Shown here: piece after piece, positions 18,089 to 26,650 of the stretch
How the letters are laid out: every line of letters starts with the position of its first letter
Numbering within the stretch: the stretch's first letter is position 1
NCBI GenBank assembly: GCA_963933075.1
Contig: CAWVVE010000001.1
Location: 1 to 26,973, forward strand
Length of the DNA stretch: 26,973 nt
From: an uncultured Verrucomicrobiaceae bacterium
GTDB lineage: Bacteria > Verrucomicrobiota > Verrucomicrobiia > Verrucomicrobiales > DEV007
Direction: 5' to 3'
Notes under the pieces: model-generated
The model's database searches: none
What the model was told of the DNA's origin: nothing
What the model saw: the letters and a program-made list of their open reading frames with translations, nothing else
Program-made: the position numbers and the translations under genes

Positions 18089-19789
18089 TTAAACCTTTTT
18101 CCTGTAAGGAACAAGCAAGCCGCTCCCAAGGGTGATCAGGCATGTCAGCGGCCACATCCAGGCGAAGCAATACACTGATTTCACCCCATCGCCCGAGGCG
18201 TTCAGTTCATATGTGAAAAGAGTCGCCAGTGATTCAGCAGAGATGAACCCTGCCTTGATTAGCAAGACCCAAATATCGGTCTGCACAAACATCACAGCCA
18301 CGAAAGATATCAGTGAGCCGATGAGAAGACCCCGAAACGAACCACGCCCGATCATTGCACACAGGAAAATCGCCAACAACGGGCCTACCGTGTAGGTGGT
18401 CATCCCGAATGCGAGGGGTAGGATGGGTATGTCCTCACGGGCAATTGCCAGCAACAGGGTAAATGCTGTCAGTGTAAGTCCCCAGCCAACAACCAATAAC
18501 CGCGAACGGAGCATGAGTTGCCTCTCTGAAAGACCGATATTTCCCCTCTCCGGATGATAGAAAAGAGAAAGCGTCGTCTGGCTTAGTGCGGCAAGGATTG
18601 AGTCAAGGCTTGAAATCGCTGCAGCGAAAACGCCTGCCAGGATGAGACCGCTAAGGCCAACCGGCAGGCCCATGACAATCCAGATTGGGAAAATATAGTC
18701 GGAAGTCCCCGAGAAAGTCTTGTTACTGGAAACCTTTACCCCCTGAGGCACAATGACATTCGACCGCTCCCCCGTCTCCGGATGCTCTGCGAAAGTGGCC
18801 GCATCCCTGATATCCTGAACATTTTCCAGGCCTGCCCCGAACACGGTGGCTAGTTCCTGGTCACCAAACCCCACCTGATGCTTGCTCACGAAAAGTGCTG
18901 TCCCGATCAACAACATCAGCAGGGTAATTAACTGCCCAAAAGAACTGAAAAGGATAGCCTTGCCGGCGGCACGGGCATTTTTGCAGCAAAACATGCGCTG
19001 GGCGGCGAGTTGATCAACCCCGAAAACCCCCATGTTCTGGAATGGCACGGCAAAAAGCGCCACCCACAGGGTGAATTTCAAGTCCGCACCAAGCCCGAAC
19101 TCAGGGTTGAGGATACGTGTACGGCCAAAGTTGTCAGCGGTCTCCATCATGGCTGACCACCCCCCCTCGATGCCGCCGATCAGCCACATCAACGCAATCA
19201 CTCCGCCAATGGCAAACAATGCAAACTGCATCACATCCGTCCATATTACCGTACGCATCCCTCCCATCAGGGTCCATCCGATGGCAAATAAACCAATAAC
19301 CACGATGCAGGCCCACAACGGCATACCGGTGACAACCTTTAACGGGATTGCCGCAACGAGTACCCGCACACTCTGTGCCAGAATACTACCGATCGTGAAG
19401 AAGATCGTTGCCAGGGTCTTTACGCTTAAACCAAGCCTGAATCCCATAAAATCATATGGGCTGTAAATCTCCCGCTGGTAATAAACGCGAACGAAATAGC
19501 CAGCCACAATCACCCGGGCAATAATGGAGCCTACAGCCCATTGCAGGTAGGTGAAGTCACCGTGCAGGGCAAACAAGGTGCCCGGCACGCCGATAAATGT
19601 CACCCCGCTGATTTCCGTGGCGATGATTGAGGCGCTTACTGCCTGCCATGGCATCGAACGCCCACCAAGGAAGAAATCCTTGATCGTGCCCTGCTTTCCT
19701 CGCATCGCGTGCCCAACCCAGGTCGTCAGTGCCAGATAGCCGAAAACCACCAACCAATCAACATGCGTGAAATACTCATGGATTTCCAT
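18089..19789 (-). CDS. sodium:solute symporter (SSS) family transporter
   Basis: DFFLGGRSMPW, ATEISGVTFIG, GGMRTVIWTD, GVDQLAAQR, AAAISSLDS and many TM helices. Substrate not assignable. Confidence 0.95.
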   Translation of the reverse strand: MEIHEYFTHVDWLVVFGYLALTTWVGHAMRGKQGTIKDFFLGGRSMPWQAVSASIIATEISGVTFIGVPGTLFALHGDFTYLQWAVGSIIARVIVAGYFVRVYYQREIYSPYDFMGFRLGLSVKTLATIFFTIGSILAQSVRVLVAAIPLKVVTGMPLWACIVVIGLFAIGWTLMGGMRTVIWTDVMQFALFAIGGVIALMWLIGGIEGGWSAMMETADNFGRTRILNPEFGLGADLKFTLWVALFAVPFQNMGVFGVDQLAAQRMFCCKNARAAGKAILFSSFGQLITLLMLLIGTALFVSKHQVGFGDQELATVFGAGLENVQDIRDAATFAEHPETGERSNVIVPQGVKVSSNKTFSGTSDYIFPIWIVMGLPVGLSGLILAGVFAAAISSLDSILAALSQTTLSLFYHPERGNIGLSERQLMLRSRLLVVGWGLTLTAFTLLLAIAREDIPILPLAFGMTTYTVGPLLAIFLCAMIGRGSFRGLLIGSLISFVAVMFVQTDIWVLLIKAGFISAESLATLFTYELNASGDGVKSVYCFAWMWPLTCLITLGSGLLVPYRKKV

Positions 19790-19883
19790 TAGTTGAAATG
19801 TTCCCGCCTGTTTGCTAAAAGATCAATGGGGATTCCCCTAATAAAGTAAGGATGAATCCTGTATTCGGACTATTTTAAAAAAC

Positions 19884-20126
19884 ATGGACAAGTCTCTTGA
19901 ACCCCTCGCCCTCCTGTTACGAAAAAGGATAACCATCATCGCCGACCATGCATTCCGTGACCGGGATCCACAGGCCCACCTGGAGGCACTTAAAGCCATC
20001 TTTGAAGCAATCCAGCGCGAGCATGGAACCCACAAGGGCAGGATTCCACCCAGGCTCGAGCATTTTCTCAGCGGTGGAAGCTATGACAAGGCCCTCGCCT
20101 TCATTGAGCAGGACACCGGGAATTAA
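19884..20126 (+). CDS. small hypothetical protein (80 aa, predicted helical)
   Basis: Fills the gap between the symporter and sodA; amphipathic pattern; IADHAFRDRDPQAHL and RLEHFLSGGSYDKAL resemble small conserved proteins I recall from Verrucomicrobia. Confidence 0.7.
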   Translation: MDKSLEPLALLLRKRITIIADHAFRDRDPQAHLEALKAIFEAIQREHGTHKGRIPPRLEHFLSGGSYDKALAFIEQDTGN

Positions 20127-20207
20127 ACCTCCCTGTTTGCAGGCTTGACCCCTGGCAGATTATGCCCTCTCCTTGCGAGTATAAACCCTGAAGAAAAAAC
20201 AGAAATT

Positions 20208-20816
20208 ATGGCCCACCAACTTCCTGAACTCCCTTACTCCCACGACGCGCTCGAACCCCACATTGATGCACGCACGATGGAGATTCACCATGGTAAGCAC
20301 CATAACGCTTACGTCACCAACCTGAATAACGCCATTGCCGGTAACGCCGAGCTCGAGGCCAAGTCCATCGACGAGCTCATTGCCAACCTGGACGCAGTGC
20401 CCGAGGACATCCGTGGAGCAGTGCGCAACAACGGTGGAGGACACGCCAACCATTCACTGTTCTGGACCAGCATGGGACCGGGCAAGGGAGGTGCACCCGG
20501 CGGGGCCATTGGTGATGCCATCAACTCCACTTTCGGCAGTTTTGATACCTTTAAAGAGGAATTCACCAAAGCCGGAATGACCCGTTTCGGCAGTGGTTGG
20601 GCATGGCTGAGCATCGCCAACGGCGCGCTTAAGGTCAGCTCAACACCGAACCAGGACAGTCCGGTCATGGAGGGCAATACCCCGATTTTGGGATGTGATG
20701 TATGGGAGCACGCCTATTACCTCAATTACCAGAACTTACGACCCAGCTATATCGCCGCCTGGTGGAACGTCGTCGACTGGGATGTCATCGCAGCACGCTT
20801 TGATGCTGCAACTTAA
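20208..20816 (+). CDS. sodA: superoxide dismutase, Mn-type signature
   Basis: [36 protein letters not shown] (GGH and Gln indicate Mn-type), DVWEHAYY. Start is ATG 20208. Confidence 0.96.
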   Translation: MAHQLPELPYSHDALEPHIDARTMEIHHGKHHNAYVTNLNNAIAGNAELEAKSIDELIANLDAVPEDIRGAVRNNGGGHANHSLFWTSMGPGKGGAPGGAIGDAINSTFGSFDTFKEEFTKAGMTRFGSGWAWLSIANGALKVSSTPNQDSPVMEGNTPILGCDVWEHAYYLNYQNLRPSYIAAWWNVVDWDVIAARFDAAT

Positions 20817-20873
20817 GTCAATTCCCACTGGGTTAAAGCCGATTGATCATTCCCGGGCTCACAAGGCGCAACC

Positions 20874-21668
20874 ATGAAGGCGCTGCGTGATTGGCCGATG
20901 TTAACCGGTATGAGAAAAGAAGTGATGCGACAGGGTTTTTCATCATGTCGTCAGTATTTTTTGCTCCTCTTAACAGCGGGAATTTTACCCTGTGCCGGCA
21001 ATCCTGACGCGAAGCAGGACCGGAGCGGAAAAGCTCCCGTTAATTCCCTTACCGAGAACGAAAAGGCCGCAGGCTGGAAATTGCTCTTTAACGGCAGAAC
21101 CATTGAAGGTTGGAGGCGCTATGGTTCAGCAACGGAGAAAATTACCGGTTGGCGGATCGATAATGGCACCCTGCATAAGCCTGCCGGCGTACGCGCAGGT
21201 AACATCATGACCTCTGAGAGCTATGAGGACTTTGAATTTTCCTGGGAATGGAAACTTCAGGAACGGGGAAACAACGGCGTGAAATACTTCATCACCGAAG
21301 AACGGGGTGCCGCCATTGGTCACGAATACCAGATGATCGATGATGTCATCGTCAAGGATCCCTACTCCTCCAATGCCTCGTTCTACCTGCTGGTCAAGCC
21401 TGTTGAAGACAAGCCCAACAAACCCATGGGCGAATGGAACCGCTCAAGAATCCTCGTGCGTGGCAACCATTGCGAGCACTGGCTCAATGGCAAAAAGGTG
21501 CTCACCTATGAATGCGGAAGCCCGGCGATCATGAACCGTGTCACCAAGACAAAATTCAGGAAATACCCGGGTTTTGGGGGGAAAATCAGCGGCCATATCC
21601 TGCTCACCGACCACAAGGATCCCTGTTGGTATCGGAACCTCAAAATCCGCAAGCTCACTAAAAGCTAG
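20874..21668 (+). CDS. DUF1080 (3-keto-disaccharide hydrolase family) protein, probably exported
   Basis: GWKLLFNG, YEDFEFSWEWK, GNNGVKY, GHEYQMIDD, GEWNRSRI, EHWLNG, DHKDPCWYRNLKIR. True start may be 20910 or 20925. Confidence 0.92.
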   Translation: MKALRDWPMLTGMRKEVMRQGFSSCRQYFLLLLTAGILPCAGNPDAKQDRSGKAPVNSLTENEKAAGWKLLFNGRTIEGWRRYGSATEKITGWRIDNGTLHKPAGVRAGNIMTSESYEDFEFSWEWKLQERGNNGVKYFITEERGAAIGHEYQMIDDVIVKDPYSSNASFYLLVKPVEDKPNKPMGEWNRSRILVRGNHCEHWLNGKKVLTYECGSPAIMNRVTKTKFRKYPGFGGKISGHILLTDHKDPCWYRNLKIRKLTKS

Positions 21669-21701
21669 GCTAGGCAAGGCAACCCGCTCGGCAGGAGCGA
21701 C

Positions 21702-22871
21702 CTACTTTGCAGGATATACCGAGAGGACCCCGGATTGATTGTCCAGGATATCACGGCATTGCAACCGGACAGCGACCCTCTTTAAATCCATTCCGGCCGG
21801 AAGGGGAATTTCCACTTCCCGGGCATGTGGCTCAACCTTTGTCAGCTGTACCAGGGAATCCCCCCGCTTAGAACGTTTATCGGATAAAGTGACCGTGAAA
21901 CTGAACTGTGGAAGCGTGGCAGGATCATTCTCCCAATAGATCCTCAATTTACCACCTTTTGCCACTGACCACCCGGCGGAACGAAGCTTTATGGGGACAT
22001 ACCCGGGCTTATCTTCAGTGCGCTTAATTTCATGCCGGGAGGGATTTTTGGTCGAGGGAACGGTATTTTGGCCACCTGCGCTCATGAAGTAAAACGCCCC
22101 CTTCTGGTCCCGGGATACGCCAGCATTCCAGTTTGTCCTGAAATTGAAGGATCGCTTGCCCTTTTCCAGGTCCCAGGAATTTACCGAGTACCTGCCACTG
22201 GCAAAAGGATGCCAGCCGCCATCGACTTTGCGTTTCCATCCCCCACGGTAATGAACCGTGCGCGGCTTCACACCGGTCTCAAGCCAATCCTCAATGAATG
22301 CATCAGTCCCTCCCTGGAAAAATGCCCCTTTTGCAGCCACGTCCATGGTCACGAGGTGGGTCCACTTCCCTGTCTTTCCGCTGCGCACCCAGTAGCCATA
22401 AAAACTATGACCTGCAAGAGGCCAGTAACGCAAGGCGAGTGTATACCAGGTGTCTGTTTCCCACCCCAGTTCAAAATTCCACGACTTCAGGCCCGTTCCT
22501 TCTCCCCCGAATTTCTCCGTGATCGTGCCCGCCCCGCGGTAAACAGCCCTGATCGGAGCTGCATGACTCTTATGATCCCAAATAGAGAAAATATAGTTAT
22601 GGCCCCTCGGGTGCGCCTGCAGCCCGGCATAACCGGCAGCACGTCCCCGCCATCCAAGGGTTTCGTAATAGGTGTATTTGGCTTCCCCCTCCTTCGGCAC
22701 ACGAACTTCATTAATGATGATGTGTCCATCCAAGTTGTCATCAAAGACAAGGTGCGAGGAAGGTGCGGCATTCTGGCCGGCAAACCCGGTCAAAGGACAC
22801 GCCAGAAAAACCAAGGCAAGAAGCCACTCCCAGGCTTTCTTGGGACATATCAGGGCAGGCATCAGGTTCAT
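21702..22871 (-). CDS. DUF3472-like beta-rich exported protein
   Basis: Signal peptide, GYAGLQ, FSIWD, FGGEGTG, WETDTWY, FIEDW. Start is ATG 22871 or 22862. Confidence 0.7.
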   Translation of the reverse strand: MNLMPALICPKKAWEWLLALVFLACPLTGFAGQNAAPSSHLVFDDNLDGHIIINEVRVPKEGEAKYTYYETLGWRGRAAGYAGLQAHPRGHNYIFSIWDHKSHAAPIRAVYRGAGTITEKFGGEGTGLKSWNFELGWETDTWYTLALRYWPLAGHSFYGYWVRSGKTGKWTHLVTMDVAAKGAFFQGGTDAFIEDWLETGVKPRTVHYRGGWKRKVDGGWHPFASGRYSVNSWDLEKGKRSFNFRTNWNAGVSRDQKGAFYFMSAGGQNTVPSTKNPSRHEIKRTEDKPGYVPIKLRSAGWSVAKGGKLRIYWENDPATLPQFSFTVTLSDKRSKRGDSLVQLTKVEPHAREVEIPLPAGMDLKRVAVRLQCRDILDNQSGVLSVYPAK

Positions 22872-22898
22872 TAATCGACTAAAATAAAGGATATACAA

Positions 22899-24893
22899 TC
22901 ACCTCGGTAGCGGCCAACCCTGGATAAGGTCGGTGGGAGCACCGAACTGCGGGGGAATAGGAAATGCAACCTCGGCTTCCGGATCGCTGGAATAACGCTG
23001 CTGCCAATGTTTCTCAGGTAAGGGAAATGAAATGTTGCCAAGGCCAAGTGAAGGGAAATCCTTGCCGGAAACCGCGCGATCGGCAGAGACACGCACCACC
23101 AACAGGTTCAGGTCCCCCGGCTTAAGGATTTTATCGGGCACCTTCCATTCTCCAGCCACCCTTGGACTCAGTTTCTTGCCGTTAAGATAAACGGAAGCCT
23201 TCGCCTGCGATTGCCACGAAAGGGAATAATCTCCCTTGGCCAGCCCGGTGGGAACACGCAGCAGCGTGCGCAGATCCCGGAAAGCCCCGGCCACAACCTT
23301 ACCCCCTGCACGATGCCAACCCTCCGCTTCACGCCGCACGTCCGGATCCGCCGGCAACCCGGAAGGAGCATCCCGTCCAACCGCCCAGTAAACGGCATTA
23401 AAGAGCAGGTGCTGAAAGGACGGTGTGGAAAAATCTCCAGGATTGCCCAGCACTGTACAAAATGAGCGCCCGCCATCGCTGCGTGTGAATGTCCATGCCA
23501 CCGGTTCACGAACCTTGCCTTTTTCCCTCTGGCCACTAACTATTAATTTGGTTCCGGGAAAAAGTGACGCCTGTCCATGGTGCGCCAGTGACTTCCACCC
23601 GGCGGCAGGAAGATGGGCTGCAACCGGATGACTCGCTTTTTTCCGGCTGGCCATTACATTTAAGTCCACGGCATTCTTGAGCCGAGCACCGAAATCTGCG
23701 CCAAACACCTGCGGCCAGTCACCAAGCCCGGCTCCGATCACCGGTTTCGCCGCAGCCACATGCTTAAGAACGGCAGCCCTGATTTCTGCCGGGAATTTCT
23801 CGTGCGCCGCACATATCAAAAGCGCATCAGCATGCGCAATATGCCTCAACCCTTCAGGCTCTTTTCCGCCCCCGGGGCCGGAAACCGTAAAATGCACGCG
23901 AACCTCCGGGTCAAGGAACCGGCGGGCAAAGGCCTGCAAAACAGGCAGGTGCCCCGGATCGGCCAGCACCACCAGATGCGGTCGATGATCATGCGTAAAG
24001 CGGAAAGGGCTGCCACCCACGACCTGCTCACTGCTGATCGTTGGACACACGTGTGACTCAATATGCCTGATTACCAGGTCAAGGCCCGTAAAGTGGCTGA
24101 CATAGGGCCAGCGCCGCGGATTATACATGACATCGGTGCAATCACGCAAAAGAACCGTCTCCATTCCTGCGCGCACCATCTGGCGCAGGCCGAACGGCCG
24201 GCCAAGCACACACATGTTGGTGTGCACCCCGCAAAGCACGATGTGCCTTATGCCCTGCTCCTTGAGGACGTTCCAGACAACATCCCCCTCTGCGGCAATA
24301 TAGTCATTGTCATTGATCTCCAGTTGACTTGCCTGCCTAAGCCACGGTGTGCCCGGATTCCTGCCCTCCTTCTCAAGCTGTGCCGCCCACTGTGCATTCT
24401 CCCACTGATCCTCATCCTCACCCCCGTCAGACTGGTCGATCGGATAGGATGCACGCTCCTCGGAGGGAATGCGGTGACACCAGGCTGCCATGCCTTCAGG
24501 AGATTCACCGGCTGCAGGTGTCTGCAGCGCACGCTGTCGTGCCGGGTGCCCCGCATAGGCGGGCATACAGTCACTGGGTGAATGAATGATTATGGCACCC
24601 CGGGCACGTGCCTTTTGCAGCACCTTATTGAGACGGGGAGCGAACTCGTTCACACGTCGCACTGCCGTGACCGAGTGGTGGGAATCCCACATGTCACACA
24701 CGATGATGGCAGTTTTTTCCGGCTCCCATTTCACCTGCCGCCACGTGGTCGCGTGCTGTCCTCTCTCACGAAGGGTAAAGGAAAACGGCTCCGCTTTGAG
24801 ACTGGTGACCATCAATGGGGCAAGTAAAAGGAAGAAAATGAAAGTCCGGTGAAGAAGTATACCCTGTAGCAGTTTCTTGAGCATATTTGTCAT
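22899..24893 (-). CDS. exported multidomain protein: isochorismatase-like cysteine hydrolase, ThuA-like domain, jelly-roll domain
   Basis: TAIIVCDMWD and CGVHTNMCVLGRPFG; EPVAWT...GGRSFCTVLGNPGDF...LLFNAVYWA; ASVYLNG...LKPGDLNLLVVRV. Start is ATG 24893 or 24884. Confidence 0.82.
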   Translation of the reverse strand: MTNMLKKLLQGILLHRTFIFFLLLAPLMVTSLKAEPFSFTLRERGQHATTWRQVKWEPEKTAIIVCDMWDSHHSVTAVRRVNEFAPRLNKVLQKARARGAIIIHSPSDCMPAYAGHPARQRALQTPAAGESPEGMAAWCHRIPSEERASYPIDQSDGGEDEDQWENAQWAAQLEKEGRNPGTPWLRQASQLEINDNDYIAAEGDVVWNVLKEQGIRHIVLCGVHTNMCVLGRPFGLRQMVRAGMETVLLRDCTDVMYNPRRWPYVSHFTGLDLVIRHIESHVCPTISSEQVVGGSPFRFTHDHRPHLVVLADPGHLPVLQAFARRFLDPEVRVHFTVSGPGGGKEPEGLRHIAHADALLICAAHEKFPAEIRAAVLKHVAAAKPVIGAGLGDWPQVFGADFGARLKNAVDLNVMASRKKASHPVAAHLPAAGWKSLAHHGQASLFPGTKLIVSGQREKGKVREPVAWTFTRSDGGRSFCTVLGNPGDFSTPSFQHLLFNAVYWAVGRDAPSGLPADPDVRREAEGWHRAGGKVVAGAFRDLRTLLRVPTGLAKGDYSLSWQSQAKASVYLNGKKLSPRVAGEWKVPDKILKPGDLNLLVVRVSADRAVSGKDFPSLGLGNISFPLPEKHWQQRYSSDPEAEVAFPIPPQFGAPTDLIQGWPLPR

Positions 24894-25051
24894 TGTGGAT
24901 AAATCTCTGCCAGGAAGCAAGGTGCCTTTGCACTTGGCGGTAATTTGGCGAAATCCCTTCTCCGGGTTCCGGTTATTTGAAATATAGCAATATTATTGGT
25001 CAAATGCCCATTGCGAATCCGGGAAACGGTAGGCAGGATAAATGAATTGAT

Positions 25052-25363
25052 ATGGAAGGGTATACTGTAAACGGAAGAAGTTACCGGTGGTCGGCAGAGC
25101 CGGTTACCGTGGTATGCGTAGACGGCTGTGAGAAAGCATATCTCGACAAGACACTGGCAAGAGGGCAAATGCCAAGAATAGCCGACATGCTTGAGCGAAG
25201 AGGGAGGGGAACCGCACGCGGGGATTTGCCTTTATTTACCAACGTCAAAAATGCGGCCATTGTCACCGGTGTAGCTCCTGCAGTGAACGGAATCAGCGGT
25301 AATTTCTTCCTGGATCCCGACACGGGCAGGGAATGCTCACCTGCACCCCGGATACAGACATGA
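25052..25363 (+). pseudogene. phnA: truncated phosphonoacetate hydrolase (N-terminal ~94 aa only)
   Basis: VNGRSY, VVCVDG, FTNVKNAAIVTG, NGISGNFFLDPDTG match the PhnA N-terminus (full length about 400 aa); similarity ends near 25333 and no alternative frame continues it. Confidence 0.85.
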
Positions 25364-26643
25364 TTAAACGCTGGTTAACACAGACACGTCCGCCACTATT
25401 CGTGGCATACTGCATCACGGCGGCCTTCTGCACGTACTTCTGCATGTATGCCTTCCGCAAGCCGTTCGGGGCGGCAACATTTGAAGGTCTCAAGTTCCTC
25501 GACACAGAAATCAACCTCAAGACCGCATTCGTGATCAGCCAGATCATCGGCTACACGATATCAAAGTATCTGGGCTGCAAGTTCTGCTCGGAAATCGGAC
25601 GGGCGCACCAGGCAAAGGCTCTGGCTGCCATGATCATTATTGCGCAGCTTGCCCTGCTGGGCTTTGCCGTGCTTCCGGAGAACCTGAAGGTAGCTGCCAT
25701 ATTCATCAATGGCATTCCCCTGGGAATGGTCTGGGGGCTGGTGTCGCGTTACCTCGAGGGACGCAAGACCGCCGAGTTGCTCTTTGCGGGATTAAGCTGC
25801 TCATACATCCTGGCAAGCAGTTCGGTGAAGACAGTGGGCAGCTGGACCATGCAGAGCGGCGTGACTCAATTCTGGATGCCTGCAGCCGTGGGAGCCATGT
25901 TCCTGATCCCGTTTTTCCTGTCCGTCTTCCTCCTTAATCAACTGCCCCCTCCCAGTGAAGAGGACATTAAAAGCCGCAATAAACGCACCATTATGGATGG
26001 CAGGGAGAGGGCGGGATTCGTCAGGCAATTCCTGGTGGGGATGATCCTGCTCCTGGTACTGTATTTCTTCCTGACGGCATACCGGGATTTCAGGGACACC
26101 TACATGCCGGAGGTCTTCGATGCCATGGGCTATACCAGTGAACCCACGCTCTTCTCAAAGGCTGATTACCCAATTGCCTTCGGCATCATGGTGGTCATGG
26201 CCCTGCTCAACCTGGCGAAAAACCACCGCCGGGGCCTGCTCGCCGTGTTTGCCGTGATGATTTCCGGGATGCTCCTCATGGGGGTAGCAACTGTACTCAA
26301 GGACATGGGCACGATAAACGGTATGTGGTGGATGATTCTCATCGGCTTCGGCGCCTATCTGGCCTATGTCCCCTTCGGGGCGGTCCTCTTCGAGAGGGTC
26401 ATGGCTTCAACCAGGGCGGCGGGAACTGCCGTGTTTGCCATCTACCTGTGTGACGCGGTGGGTTACACCGGTTCCGTCGGCATCCAGCTCTATAAGGACC
26501 TGGGACATCCCGACCTTAACTACTACCAGTTCCTGCGCATGTTCACCTACGCCATGGCAATCACCGGTACCGTACTCTTTCTTCTCAGCTCGGTTTACTT
26601 CTACCGCAAGGCAGGGGCAGCTATCCCCCCACTGGAAAGGTAA
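25360..26643 (+). CDS. DUF5690-family MFS-like membrane transporter
   Basis: YFCMYAFRKPF, SQIIGYTISK, YLEGRK, YRDFRD, YLAYVPF...FER, DAVGYTGSV; about 12 hydrophobic helices; ATG 25360 overlaps the phnA stop (ATGA). Confidence 0.85.
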   Translation: MIKRWLTQTRPPLFVAYCITAAFCTYFCMYAFRKPFGAATFEGLKFLDTEINLKTAFVISQIIGYTISKYLGCKFCSEIGRAHQAKALAAMIIIAQLALLGFAVLPENLKVAAIFINGIPLGMVWGLVSRYLEGRKTAELLFAGLSCSYILASSSVKTVGSWTMQSGVTQFWMPAAVGAMFLIPFFLSVFLLNQLPPPSEEDIKSRNKRTIMDGRERAGFVRQFLVGMILLLVLYFFLTAYRDFRDTYMPEVFDAMGYTSEPTLFSKADYPIAFGIMVVMALLNLAKNHRRGLLAVFAVMISGMLLMGVATVLKDMGTINGMWWMILIGFGAYLAYVPFGAVLFERVMASTRAAGTAVFAIYLCDAVGYTGSVGIQLYKDLGHPDLNYYQFLRMFTYAMAITGTVLFLLSSVYFYRKAGAAIPPLER

Positions 26644-26650
26644 AGCCCGC

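Noticed and set aside
24063-24852. Several + strand ORFs of 80-172 aa
   Set aside because: Antisense shadows of the GC-rich isochorismatase fusion gene.
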